A stretch of DNA of 64,000 bases from Chitinivibrionales bacterium. GTDB taxonomy: Bacteria; Fibrobacterota; Chitinivibrionia; Chitinivibrionales; WJKA01. The DNA is taken from the NCBI GenBank assembly GCA_038247415.1, contig JBBRUX010000006.1, positions 32,001-96,000 of the forward strand, read 5' to 3'. The position numbers and the translations under genes were made by a program. This document shows positions 19,370-29,900 of the stretch, one piece after another; within the stretch, counting starts at the first letter, position 1, and every line of letters begins with the position of its first letter. Below the pieces are notes generated by a model, which saw only the letters and a program-made list of their open reading frames with translations, did not search any database and had not been told where the DNA came from.

Positions 19370-19387
19370 AAGCGAGCAGTATTCTTT

Positions 19388-20860
19388 TTAAGAAATCGGC
19401 AACGACGCAGCTCCTGCGCTAAACAGCTCGGTAAAGAGGTCGACGATTGCAGGGTCAAATTGCTTATGCTTGTTTTGTTCAAGAATGGCAATAGCCTTTT
19501 CGATAGGCATAGCTTGACGATACGGTCGATCTGAGGTCATGGCTTCAAACGCATCGCATACTCCAAGAATTCTTGCTCCTATAGGAATATCGTTTCCAGC
19601 AATGCCCTGTGGATATCCGGTGCCATTAAAATATTCGTGATGATGCAGCACCAAGGGAACCAAAGATTTTAAAAACGGGACATCTGCAATAATGCGGGCT
19701 CCAAGCTCGGGGTGTTTTTTAATTTCTTCAAATTCTTCGTCTGTTAATTTCCCGGGTTTATTGAGGATTGCTTCTGCAACGCCAATCTTTCCAATATCGT
19801 GCAATAATCCGGCATATTTAACTTGTTCGATTTCTGCATCGGAGAGACCGAGTTTTTTTGCAAGAACTACGGTGTATTTCATGACATTTTCGGAATGTCC
19901 ATGCGTATACCGATCTTTTGCTTCTACTGCTAATGCAAAGCCACGAATAGTTTTTAAGTAGTTATCCCGAATGTTTTGATAGAGACGGACATTCTCGATA
20001 GCAATAGAAGCTTGAGATGCCAATACATTGATGATCTCAAGATCCAGGTCTGAAAAAGCTGATGATCGTTTAGCCCGGACAAGGGTGAGTATCCCCAGTA
20101 CCCGCTGGGGCGTGCGTAATGCAAAAATAATCAATGAGTCAACTTCGGGTGGAATATACGGCGAAAAGGTTTGATCTGCTTCTGCTGATGGCCACAAAAG
20201 AGGAGAATCGGTTTTTAAGAGGAGCATACAGAGATGCTTGATAGTTTCGCGTTCGTAAAAATCGGGACTAAATTGAGTTCCTGCATATTCTTTCAAGTAA
20301 AGATCGTGGCCATTGTTTTCGAAAAATGAAAGTGCACCACCATCGGCTTTAATAAGCTTGACACAATAATCGAGAAATGTTTGATTGAGTGCATTGGGAT
20401 CGTGGGTTGAAGCAAGCACACGTGTCACTTCGTGAAGCGATACCAGATTAGAGAAGAGAATGTTTTCTTCTTCGAGCTTGCGACTCAGGAGGGCACGCTT
20501 GATTTTTTCGCCAATTTCTTCGAGGTGGAAGGGCTTGGTAAGATAGTCGTACGCACCTAGTTTTAATGCTTCTATGGCTGTGTCAAGAGTTGGGAACCCG
20601 GTACTTAAGATGACGGGAAGCTGCTTGTTTCGTTCTTTAATCCATTTAATAAGATCGACACCCGAAAGCCCGGGCATTTTTATGTCCGTTAACACCATAT
20701 CAACAGGACTCGTGCCCATGATATCGATTGCATCTTCTGCGCAACGCGCAACAAGTGTTTTGTAACCTTGACGTTTAAGATATTGATTCAGGATGTCGCA
20801 GATAGATTTTTCATCGTCGACAATAAGGACGGTAGTATTTTCATTTTTTGATATATGCAT
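19388..20860 (-). CDS. Response regulator with REC, GAF and HD-GYP (c-di-GMP phosphodiesterase) domains
   Basis: LIVDDE…DIKMP…YLTKPF receiver, GAF segment, LLHDIGKIG and HHEYFNGTGYP. Start set at ATG 20860 to avoid overlap with kdsB. Confidence 0.92.
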   Translation of the reverse strand: MHISKNENTTVLIVDDEKSICDILNQYLKRQGYKTLVARCAEDAIDIMGTSPVDMVLTDIKMPGLSGVDLIKWIKERNKQLPVILSTGFPTLDTAIEALKLGAYDYLTKPFHLEEIGEKIKRALLSRKLEEENILFSNLVSLHEVTRVLASTHDPNALNQTFLDYCVKLIKADGGALSFFENNGHDLYLKEYAGTQFSPDFYERETIKHLCMLLLKTDSPLLWPSAEADQTFSPYIPPEVDSLIIFALRTPQRVLGILTLVRAKRSSAFSDLDLEIINVLASQASIAIENVRLYQNIRDNYLKTIRGFALAVEAKDRYTHGHSENVMKYTVVLAKKLGLSDAEIEQVKYAGLLHDIGKIGVAEAILNKPGKLTDEEFEEIKKHPELGARIIADVPFLKSLVPLVLHHHEYFNGTGYPQGIAGNDIPIGARILGVCDAFEAMTSDRPYRQAMPIEKAIAILEQNKHKQFDPAIVDLFTELFSAGAASLPIS

Positions 20861-20879
20861 GCGTGCCTGCTTACAATTT

Positions 20880-21614
20880 TCATGGGGTGTCTCCGATGAT
20901 CTGCTTAAATCGTTCCAGATCTTCGGGAGTGTCGACACCAATAGACGGATACGATCGAATTAAACAACGAATTCGCATCCCATGCTCTAACGCGCGTAGT
21001 TGCTCCAAACATTCTGCTTTTTCGAGTATTCCTTGCGGAAGTGAGCAGAAATGCAAGAGGCTTTCTTTAGAAAACCCGTATAAACCAGCATGTCGATACA
21101 TCGATGGCAAACTCGAGCTTCTATCGTAAGGAATAGGGCATCGAGAAAAGTATAATGCATCGTTATTCCTGGCTAAAACAGCCTTTACCACATTAGGATT
21201 TACGATCTCTTCTATTGTAGCATGCGAGACTATGGTAAGCAAGTAATTTGTCGGTAACGTTGCAAGTTCTTGGGAAAAATCTTTAAGCAAGGAACTCGAA
21301 ACCATGGGTTCATCGCCTTGGAGATTCACTACATGTGTGATGTCGAGCTCTGCGCATGCTTGTGCAACTCTATCTGTTCCGCTTTGATGGAATGATGACG
21401 TCATGATTACAGCACCCCCATGCGATTCTACGGCATCTTTAATACGGAGGTCATCGGTAGCAACCGCAACGTTGCAGAAAACGCCCGAATCTAAAGCATT
21501 GTTTACCGCCCACATAATGAGCGGAATGCCCTTAACCACAACAAGCGGCTTGCCTGGAAAACGAGTTGATGCATAGCGGGCCGGAATAATACAGGCTATA
21601 CGCGGTGATTGCAT
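20880..21614 (-). CDS. kdsB: 3-deoxy-manno-octulosonate cytidylyltransferase
   Basis: IPARYASTRFPGKPL, SGTDR, NLQGDEP, ALYFSR, LEQLRALE, GVDTPEDL. Confidence 0.95.
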   Translation of the reverse strand: MQSPRIACIIPARYASTRFPGKPLVVVKGIPLIMWAVNNALDSGVFCNVAVATDDLRIKDAVESHGGAVIMTSSFHQSGTDRVAQACAELDITHVVNLQGDEPMVSSSLLKDFSQELATLPTNYLLTIVSHATIEEIVNPNVVKAVLARNNDALYFSRCPIPYDRSSSLPSMYRHAGLYGFSKESLLHFCSLPQGILEKAECLEQLRALEHGMRIRCLIRSYPSIGVDTPEDLERFKQIIGDTP

Positions 21615-21618
21615 ATGC

Positions 21619-21903
21619 TTATCCGATAACGCGAGGGATTGCAAAGTGATTGTGGCGAATGTCTGGGCCATTGGCAAGCGCTATTTCTTGCGGAAGCGAC
21701 GGACTAACCGTATCTGGTCGAGTGGGATCGTAATCGGGGGTGACATAGCACGTCGGTTCGATATGTGTGGTATCGATTGATCCGAGTGCGTCGATATGTG
21801 TCAGGATAGCATTCAAATGGGAGAGCATCGCATCTTTTTCTGCAAGGGAAAGATCGATTCTCGCCAGAGCGGCAATATGGTCTACTGTTTTTTTGTCAAT
21901 CAT
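21619..21903 (-). CDS. gatC: Asp/Glu-tRNA amidotransferase subunit C
   Basis: HIAALARI…IEPT…RPD…ALANGP…FAIPRVI; 94 aa. Confidence 0.9.
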   Translation of the reverse strand: MIDKKTVDHIAALARIDLSLAEKDAMLSHLNAILTHIDALGSIDTTHIEPTCYVTPDYDPTRPDTVSPSLPQEIALANGPDIRHNHFAIPRVIG

Positions 21904-22046
21904 ATATAATCTTTCTGGCTAAAAAGTATACGCATCAAAAAGATACATAAAATACATCAATTAGAGCTCGATGACTGTTTCGTTGTATTTTTAGCTTAGA
22001 AGTGAATTAATTGCATCCGTTACATTATAGGAAAGCGTGGATACTA

Positions 22047-23456
22047 TTGAAAGTCATCCTTTTTCATCCTCGTGGTAGGGCATGGGCTCCAAAAGGGCGC
22101 GATATTCATGCTGTTGCATGCGTGATGGCCCCTATAGGTATTGCATCTATTGGCGCAGTAGTGCGAAATGCTGGCCATGAGGTCGTGATGATGGATGGTG
22201 CCCTCGACTTTTATTGTTCGAATCAAGAATGGGCCCAGCGCATTTATAAAGAAAAACCAGATTTTGTTGGTTTTTCTGCTACCACGCTCGGTTTTTTAGA
22301 TGCCTATGACGTGTGTTCTAAAGTTAAGCAGCTAGAAAGCTCCATTAAAACTGTATTTGGTGGGGTTCATGTTTCCTGGGGTAAAAATAAAATCATCGAG
22401 GATTATCCTTTGATAGATTACGTAATTGACGGAGAAGGAGAGTACGCATTTCGGGATCTTTTAGCCACGCAGGGCAAAACTCCCGTTCCAAGCGTGTATT
22501 CTCAAAGCTTTCCGACTTTTTCTACACAAACGTCGTACCTTCAATGTGAAATGGATGATCTTCCTTTTCCTGCCTATGACCTTGTGGCAGGCTTTCCAAA
22601 GCGGTATCAGATGCCGCTGTTTGGATATCCCAAACATCCCGGGGCCGTCATCATCTCTTCACGAGGATGTGTATATCGATGCACCTATTGTGACCGTTCG
22701 GTATTTCACAAGAGTTTTAGATTCAATTCTCCGGAGTATACTTTTGAGCAGATGAAATGGCTCAGCAAAGACTTTGGCGTTCGGCATATCAATTTTTATG
22801 ATGACCTCTTTACTCTTAATAGAGAACGTGTTGCGAAGCTTTGTGCGCTCATAACTGAACAAAAAATCAACATGTCGTTTAATTGCATCGTACGAGTTGG
22901 ACATATCGATAATGAGCTGTTGAAAATGCTAAAAAAAGCTGGGTGCTGGATGGTTCATGTCGGGATCGAGTCGGGGGATCAAAAACTTTTAGATATTCAC
23001 AAAGCTGGGGTGACCATCGAACAGATTAAAAACGATGTTACTCGAGTTGCGGCTGCAGGCTTATGGGTTAAGGGACTCTTTATGATTGGGATTCCCGGAG
23101 AAAACGAAGAATCGATGATTAGAACGAGAAAGTTTGCCATGACATTACCCCTTAAAGACGCCAATATAACAGCGTTTACTCCTTTCCCCGGAGCTCCTAT
23201 TAGTCAAACAATTCATGAACTGGGAACGCTCGATAATGATTGGTCTAAAATGGATTGCGAAAATGTTGTGTTTGTTTCGCATGAAGCCCAATCTAAAGAA
23301 GTTATCGAACGCAATCGAAATGCATTTATCAAAGAGTTTTACGAACGGAAATATATGCGTCGGATATACCGCACCATGATGGTGCAGTCCCCTCATAGCT
23401 ATTGGCGCTTGATCAAACATGCAGGATCATTTCTGCGTTATGCTCGCTCAATGTAA
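22047..23456 (+). CDS. Cobalamin-binding radical SAM protein
   Basis: B12-binding N-domain (PIGIASI, FGGVH, GEGE) and SRGCVYRCTYC CxxxCxxC motif. Start uncertain (TTG 22047 or 22011). Confidence 0.9.
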   Translation: MKVILFHPRGRAWAPKGRDIHAVACVMAPIGIASIGAVVRNAGHEVVMMDGALDFYCSNQEWAQRIYKEKPDFVGFSATTLGFLDAYDVCSKVKQLESSIKTVFGGVHVSWGKNKIIEDYPLIDYVIDGEGEYAFRDLLATQGKTPVPSVYSQSFPTFSTQTSYLQCEMDDLPFPAYDLVAGFPKRYQMPLFGYPKHPGAVIISSRGCVYRCTYCDRSVFHKSFRFNSPEYTFEQMKWLSKDFGVRHINFYDDLFTLNRERVAKLCALITEQKINMSFNCIVRVGHIDNELLKMLKKAGCWMVHVGIESGDQKLLDIHKAGVTIEQIKNDVTRVAAAGLWVKGLFMIGIPGENEESMIRTRKFAMTLPLKDANITAFTPFPGAPISQTIHELGTLDNDWSKMDCENVVFVSHEAQSKEVIERNRNAFIKEFYERKYMRRIYRTMMVQSPHSYWRLIKHAGSFLRYARSM

Positions 23457-23479
23457 ATAATTAATGCGTATAGTGGAGA

Positions 23480-24262
23480 TTAGAGCCGCTTGTAGATACG
23501 CGTGATGCTTGACGCTTTGTGCGTTGCATCATCGATATCAATGTGTACAGCATTAAGCATGGGGCCTTCTTCGGAGGGCTCGTAGCGTACATGCGTTTGG
23601 AAAATAAATTTTTTAACCACCTGCTCATATTTCATGCCGATTGCCGATTTTTCGGGGCCTGTCATGCCAACATCGGTAATGTAGGCAGTTCCACGATCGG
23701 TGATTTGTTCGTCGGAAGTTTGCACATGCGTATGGGTGCCAACGAGTGCGCTTATTCTCCCGTCAACGTGGGCGAGCATAGCCTTTTTTTCTGCTGTTGC
23801 TTCTGCATGAAAATCGAGCAGAAGCGGGTAATTATGGGGAGCCGCTTCGGTAAGTAAAGAATCAAACGTACGAAACGGGCAATCGTAATGATCGTTCATG
23901 TAGGTTCTTCCAATGAGATTCATGACGCCAAGTTTGCGGCCATCAGAAAGCTGGTATACACAAAATCCTTTTCCAATGTTGCCCAGTGGAATGTTTGCAG
24001 GACGCAAGAGATAGGGGTCTATTACAAAATCGGAATACGCATCGGCCTGCACCAGAGAATGATTTCCGCCCGTTATAATGGGAATTCCAATAATGCGAAG
24101 TTTGCGGATTATAGCATGTGTTAAGCCACGGCCGCCTGCAGCATTTTCTCCATTTGCAATAATGCAATCAACGGGAATTTCTTTGCAGAGGCCGGGGAGG
24201 GTATCGGCAAGAATTCTCTTGCCGATACTTCCAAAGATATCACCAATAAAAAGAAGTCGCAT
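23480..24262 (-). CDS. ymdB: YmdB-family metallophosphoesterase
   Basis: LFIGDIFG, ANGENAAGG, GGNH, DFHAEATAEK, GTHTHV, TDVGMTG; canonical position after rny. Confidence 0.93.
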   Translation of the reverse strand: MRLLFIGDIFGSIGKRILADTLPGLCKEIPVDCIIANGENAAGGRGLTHAIIRKLRIIGIPIITGGNHSLVQADAYSDFVIDPYLLRPANIPLGNIGKGFCVYQLSDGRKLGVMNLIGRTYMNDHYDCPFRTFDSLLTEAAPHNYPLLLDFHAEATAEKKAMLAHVDGRISALVGTHTHVQTSDEQITDRGTAYITDVGMTGPEKSAIGMKYEQVVKKFIFQTHVRYEPSEEGPMLNAVHIDIDDATHKASSITRIYKRL

Positions 24263-24269
24263 GAAGGAT

Positions 24270-25850
24270 TTATTTCGCGTACTGGGTATAGCGGCTCTCG
24301 CGTATAACAGCAACCTTAATTTGACCGGGATATTCCATTTCATCCTGGATCTTTTGAGCAATTTGTGCCGACATTTCCTCTGCTTGGGCATCGTTGACAT
24401 TATCGGGTTCCACCATAACACGAATTTCCCGACCAGCCTGAATAACATACGATTTACTAACACCTCGAAATGAATCGGCAATTTCTTCGAGTTTTGTAAG
24501 TCTGCTTACATAATTTGTAAGCGTTTCGCGACGAACACCCGGTCTTGTTGACGAAATAGTATCGGCGGCTTGAACAAGAATCGGGTACACCGAAATTGCA
24601 GGAACATCATCATGATGTGCTGCTATCGCATTGCAAATGATTTCATTTTCGCCGTTTTTAAAGGCCAAATCGGCACCAAGTTGAGAGTGGGTTCCCTCTG
24701 TTTCACGATCGATAGATTTGCCAATATCGTGCAAGAGACCTGCTCTAATGGCAGTTTTAGGATCGAGTCCGAGTTCGCTTGCCATGAGTCCTGCAAGCAT
24801 AGCCACTTCCTTGCTGTGCTGGAGCACATTTTGGCCATAGGATGCACGGTACTTGAGCCTTCCAAGGAGTTCGATAATTTTCGGTTTGATACCGTGAACG
24901 TCAAGGTCTAGAACTGCTTCTTCGGCTGCATCCTTCATTATCTTATCAAGTTCTTTTTCACTTTTTTTAATGAGTTCTTCGATGCGTCCTGGGTGGATAC
25001 GACCATCCACAATGAGCTTTTCGAGCGCAAGCCGAGCAATTTCTCGACGAATTGGATCGAAGCCCGAAAGGATAACGGCCTCTGGTGTGTCGTCGACAAT
25101 AACATCGATACCCGTAGCCTCCTCGAATGCACGAATGTTTCTTCCTTCTCGACCAATGATTCTACCCTTCATTTCATCGCTGGGCAAATGGACTACCGAA
25201 ACAGTAGATTCGACTGTGGTATCTGCGGCACAACGTTGAATAGCTTGTAGAATAATTTCTTTTGATTCCTTTTCGGCTTCTTCCTTGGCAGCATCCTTCA
25301 TGTCTTTTATCATTTGTGCGCACTCATAGCGTACTTGGCCTTCGAGATTTTTAAGGAGAAGTTTTTTGGCTTCTTCAACGCTCATTTGAGACATTTTTTC
25401 GAGCTTATTGTTTTCTAGCGCAATAAGCTTCGTGAGCTCGTTATCTTTTGTGCGTAATGTGGCTTCCTTTGAATTAAGAAAGCTTTCCCGAGCAGTATAT
25501 TCTGTTTCGCGTTTAGCAAGCACTTCGTCGCGTCTGTTGAGTTCTGTTTCAAGATCTTTTGCTTGCTGCAGTTCCTGGCGAATTGCTTCTTTTTTCTTTG
25601 CGGCATCACGTTCAAATTCGGTTTTTGCTTTGAACCACTCATCTTTAGCTTCCAGAATAGCGGTCTTCTTTTGTAGCTCTGCCTCTTTGGCACTTTCCCT
25701 GATGATGCGTTCTGCTTCGTTCTGAGCATCAGAGATTTTTCGTTCGTGGTAAGATTTATCGACGATTGATCGCCAAAAGTAGCCAAGCGCTGACATGGCA
25801 ATAGCGATACCAATGCAGATAGCAACAAGAATAAACGGATTTATCAACAT
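24270..25850 (-). CDS. rny: Ribonuclease Y
   Basis: N-terminal TM, coiled coil, KH domain (KGRIIGREGRNIR), HD domain (LLHDIGK); GGAGG RBS before ATG 25850. Confidence 0.97.
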   Translation of the reverse strand: MLINPFILVAICIGIAIAMSALGYFWRSIVDKSYHERKISDAQNEAERIIRESAKEAELQKKTAILEAKDEWFKAKTEFERDAAKKKEAIRQELQQAKDLETELNRRDEVLAKRETEYTARESFLNSKEATLRTKDNELTKLIALENNKLEKMSQMSVEEAKKLLLKNLEGQVRYECAQMIKDMKDAAKEEAEKESKEIILQAIQRCAADTTVESTVSVVHLPSDEMKGRIIGREGRNIRAFEEATGIDVIVDDTPEAVILSGFDPIRREIARLALEKLIVDGRIHPGRIEELIKKSEKELDKIMKDAAEEAVLDLDVHGIKPKIIELLGRLKYRASYGQNVLQHSKEVAMLAGLMASELGLDPKTAIRAGLLHDIGKSIDRETEGTHSQLGADLAFKNGENEIICNAIAAHHDDVPAISVYPILVQAADTISSTRPGVRRETLTNYVSRLTKLEEIADSFRGVSKSYVIQAGREIRVMVEPDNVNDAQAEEMSAQIAQKIQDEMEYPGQIKVAVIRESRYTQYAK

Positions 25851-26030
25851 GAGTCCTCCAAACAAGGTGTAAAATAGGCAGAATACAACGTGTCAAAGCA
25901 GATAGCTTTGTTATTTAGAATCAAATACAGTAGTACACTACAATACAATTGAATCAATCATGGATGGGGCATCCCCAGGGGGATCAAAATAAGAGCAGCA
26001 TAGACTAGTGGGAAAACAACAAAAGTGGTA

Positions 26031-26333
26031 TTACAGAGATAACTGAGAATCAATCCGACGAGAAATTCTCTCGGCAATTTCAGTTAGTTCACGTGTCATG
26101 TGGCGATTCGTTTCAGATTCTTTTTTCGCCTCGAAATACTCACCTGTAATATTCATTGCAGAAAGCACTGCAACTTTTACTTTATCACGCGAAACAGTAT
26201 GTTTTTGCGTTTCGGCTATTTTGAGGCCGACGTAATCGGCCACCCGTTTTGTTGTTTCCTGATCTACATCACTCTTAACAGTATATTCGTCCCCAAAAAT
26301 CCAGACGCGTATACCCTCATCCATATGTGCCAT
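26031..26333 (-). CDS. zapA: Cell division protein ZapA
   Basis: VWIFGDEYTV…VADYV…KVAVLSAMNI; synteny with zapB and rny. Confidence 0.9.
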   Translation of the reverse strand: MAHMDEGIRVWIFGDEYTVKSDVDQETTKRVADYVGLKIAETQKHTVSRDKVKVAVLSAMNITGEYFEAKKESETNRHMTRELTEIAERISRRIDSQLSL

Positions 26334-26367
26334 ACATCTCCCGCCCAAAGGCGTTTCTTGCCGTGAA

Positions 26368-26631
26368 TCAGGATGCAAAATCTAGTTTTTTAAGCATTTC
26401 CTGAATCTTTTCAGCAGCAAGGTCAAGCTTCATCTGACGATCGTCGTTGCTGGATTGAATACTACTAAAATCGGTTCTCAGTGTCTGAATTTGACCTTCC
26501 AGCTCCGAAATATGATTGTTTTTATTCTGCAATTCTTGGTTTAATTTGTCAATATCAATTTTTTTGGCGTTGAATGCGCCTATTAATTGCTCTACTTTAG
26601 TTTCCAATTCAGCTAAAAATTCTATCGACAA
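26368..26631 (-). CDS. zapB: ZapB-like coiled-coil protein
   Basis: AAGGAG RBS then TTG (LSIEFLAELETKVEQLI); all coiled coil; upstream of zapA. Confidence 0.7.
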   Translation of the reverse strand: MSIEFLAELETKVEQLIGAFNAKKIDIDKLNQELQNKNNHISELEGQIQTLRTDFSSIQSSNDDRQMKLDLAAEKIQEMLKKLDFAS

Positions 26632-26913
26632 ATCCAATCTCCTTTGAATGTATATGTAAAAATTGTAAAATGAGAGTTTGAATAAAAAGACTTTCTGCAT
26701 CTATCTAAAAATAAACCACTTAAAAAATAAATATAAACCATTGCATAGGGCGAAGCAATCAAGCAAGGTAGTTGGTACTGAGGTGAGGTGGAATTTTCTT
26801 TTAAGCTTTTCTAGAATTTTTTAATTCCCTATGTTACCGTAATAGTGTATAAAGTACGCTAATAATAGCTTGCTTCTAGCAGGATGCATATAAATAGCTA
26901 TGGATGAGGGCAC

Positions 26914-29900
26914 ATGATGGCATCAGATTTTCCTCCTAAAAAGGATGGGAAAAAAAATAATTCGCGCAATAAGGAATATGAGCTTCCTTTGTTGTTTGGG
27001 CCCCCAGCCTCGCTTTCTGGGGCAGAAGCAGTGTCTGCGACTTTGCGCGATGCAGGGGAAATATCTGGTATTCGACTCCCAACGCAATTTATCGCAACGC
27101 ACGAATTAGATCCAAATCAACCTACGATGCCTCGGTATACGCTTCTTGAAAAAATTGCCCGTGGCGGGATGAGCGTTGTTTACGACGCGTTTGATTGTGA
27201 CCTAAAGCGTGATGTGGCGGTTAAAGTGTGTCAAACGGGCGGGGCACGAGAACGGCTGCGTCTCATTGAGGAGGCGCAGATTACCGGTCAGCTTGAACAT
27301 CCCGGAATTGTCCCTGTTCATGAGATTGGTGTAGCTGCGGATGGAAATTTCTTTTTTACCATGAAACTGGTTAATGGGAAAAGCCTTAAGGAAGTTATTG
27401 ACGAGATACAAGCCGGTCCTACTCATAGACCCCCAGAGTATTCTGAAAGCTCTCTTTTGCTTGCCTTTATTAATGTATGCAATGCTATGGCGTTTGCGCA
27501 CGCAAAGGGTGTTGTGCATCGCGATCTTAAACCTGCTAACATAATGATGGGCAAATTTGGGGAAGTTCTGGTTATGGATTGGGGTTTGGCTAAAATTAAG
27601 GGTACGGTTGAACGGTTTTCTCCCAAAGATTCTACGCAAGAAGGCCCAACGAATCTTGATGACTCTTCTCAAATACTCCATAGCCAAGAATCGTCCATTC
27701 GAAGCATGCGTGAAGATACTGGGGTTGAGCTCACCATGGATGGCGCAGTTATTGGAACTCCCGCGTATATGGCACCCGAGCAAGCGAGAGGCAAGATAGA
27801 TGAAGTAGATGAACAGAGTGATATCTATTCGCTTGGTGCAATACTCTACGAAATCCTAACTTTGTCCAGAGCGGTTGATGGAACTACTATCACCGAGCTT
27901 ATGTCGACCGTTATAAATGGATGTATCGTCCCTCCTCATATTAAAAAGCCCGGGGTATCCCCAGAGCTCTCGGCAATTGCCCTTAAAGCTTTGGCGTGCA
28001 AAAAAAAATTCAGATATATAACAGTAAATGAACTCAGAGAAGATGTTCAGCGCTATCTTGAGGGCCGTTCGGTAAGTGCTAAAACAGACTCGGCATATGA
28101 ACGAGTAGTTAAATTTGTAAAGAGAAATAAAATTCTTTCAGGTTCCGCAATCGCTATTTTTGGGATCGTAGTTTTTTCACTTTTTGTTAATATGCATCAG
28201 CGGTCTTTAACCGAAAAAGCTTTTGTAAACTATAAGGTTGAGCAAAAGGCCCGCGAATCTCTTATCGCTCGTGATTTTTATGAATGTCAACGCCAATGGG
28301 TCTGTGTGTTTTCAGAAGATTTTTCGGATACAAATGTTCGCGATCGATGGGATGTATCGTATGGGGCATTTAATGTTGATCGTGCCCATCAGGGATTTTC
28401 AAATTTAAAAGTCCCCATTAAAGTTGATAATCGGATGCTTCATCTCACTGGTGGATTGCCGCAGTGTCTCACACTGAAAGTACCTATTCGTGGTGATTGT
28501 GCCATAGAATTTGATTGTATTCAGCCCGGAATATATCGTAATGATATCAGCTGTTTTATTGGTGCAATGGGATCATCGTATTCCGAGAATATGCCCTATA
28601 CCGGATATTTGTTTCAATGTGGTGGTTTTGACAATACAAGAAACCTCATACGTCGAGCCGATGTAACACTCTGGCAACAATATGGAAAACCTATTGAGCA
28701 GGGTGCACGATACACGGTGCGGGCAGAGCGAGTAGGGGAGGTTCTTCGATTTATAGTCAATGGCGATACAATTGGGAGTATCGTTGATTCTCGTCCTCTC
28801 TATGGCGCCGATCATTCCCGGATTGGAATTTACGGATATCGTTCTGAGTGTTTATATGGGCCAATACGAATATATCGCATGGGGGTTCCTCTTAAAGATG
28901 ATTTGTTGGAAGTGGCACGATATAATCTGAAGCAAGGCAATTTTGAAACAGCGCGTGATTTGTTTGATGATATTGCTTCTGCAAGTTTTGATCCGTCTCG
29001 TAGAGAAACAGCAAAAGTTGAACTCGCAAAAACATTGCGCTTGCTAAAAATCAAGCAGATGGTTCCGGGGTATCGTGATATTTTAACAAAAAAATGGGGA
29101 ATTGATAATCCGCAGCTCGATGTTATGGATTACGGGTTGTATCTCGATTTGACAACCGCTACTCAATCGATAACGGATTTAGCACCGCTTATTGGTATTC
29201 CGTTAGGGAAATTTGAATTTGATGGGCTACCCATTAAATCGCTTGAACCTCTTCGTGGTATGACTCTTGTAAATATCATGATGCGAAATATGGTTGTCGT
29301 TACTCTTGAGCCATTGCGAGGGATGCCGTTGGAAGGTGTTGATATTAGCTATTCGCGCCAAATTGCCTCTATTGAACCAATTTCAAACCCTTCGCTTACC
29401 GAATTGCGGGCAAATAATTGTAGTATCTCCGATATTTCGGCTTTAAAAGAAACAAATCTTAAAGTTTTAGAATTAGCCAATAATTTGGTAGTGGATCTCT
29501 CCCCCTTACAAGGCTTGCCTTTAGAGGAAATGTTATTGTCAAATTGTGATGTAGCAGATTTGAGCCCTTTGCAGAATATGAAGCTTTTGATATTGAATGT
29601 TAACCGGGATAAACGTATAGCGGACCTAAGCCCCTTGACACATATGCCTCTTGTAAAGTTGTATCTCAAAGAAACAAGCATTCAATCGATTACGGCTCTT
29701 AAGGGAATGCCTTTGCGCATTTTAGATATTAGTCGAACTAAGATTTCTGATATAAGCTTTCTTGAAACGCTTCCACTTAATGAGTTAATCGCATTCGAGA
29801 CCAATATTACTTCGTTGAATCCTCTTTGTGGAAAAAAATTGACTAAGATTAATATCAGCAATACACAGGTAAAAGACCTTTCGCCATTAAGAGGAATGAA

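Noticed and set aside
25851..26030. Possible 6S RNA (ssrS) between zapA and rny, a common location and about the right length (180 nt)
   Set aside because: By eye only short local hairpins are present and there is no end-to-end rod with a central bubble. An Infernal search with the 6S model would be needed.
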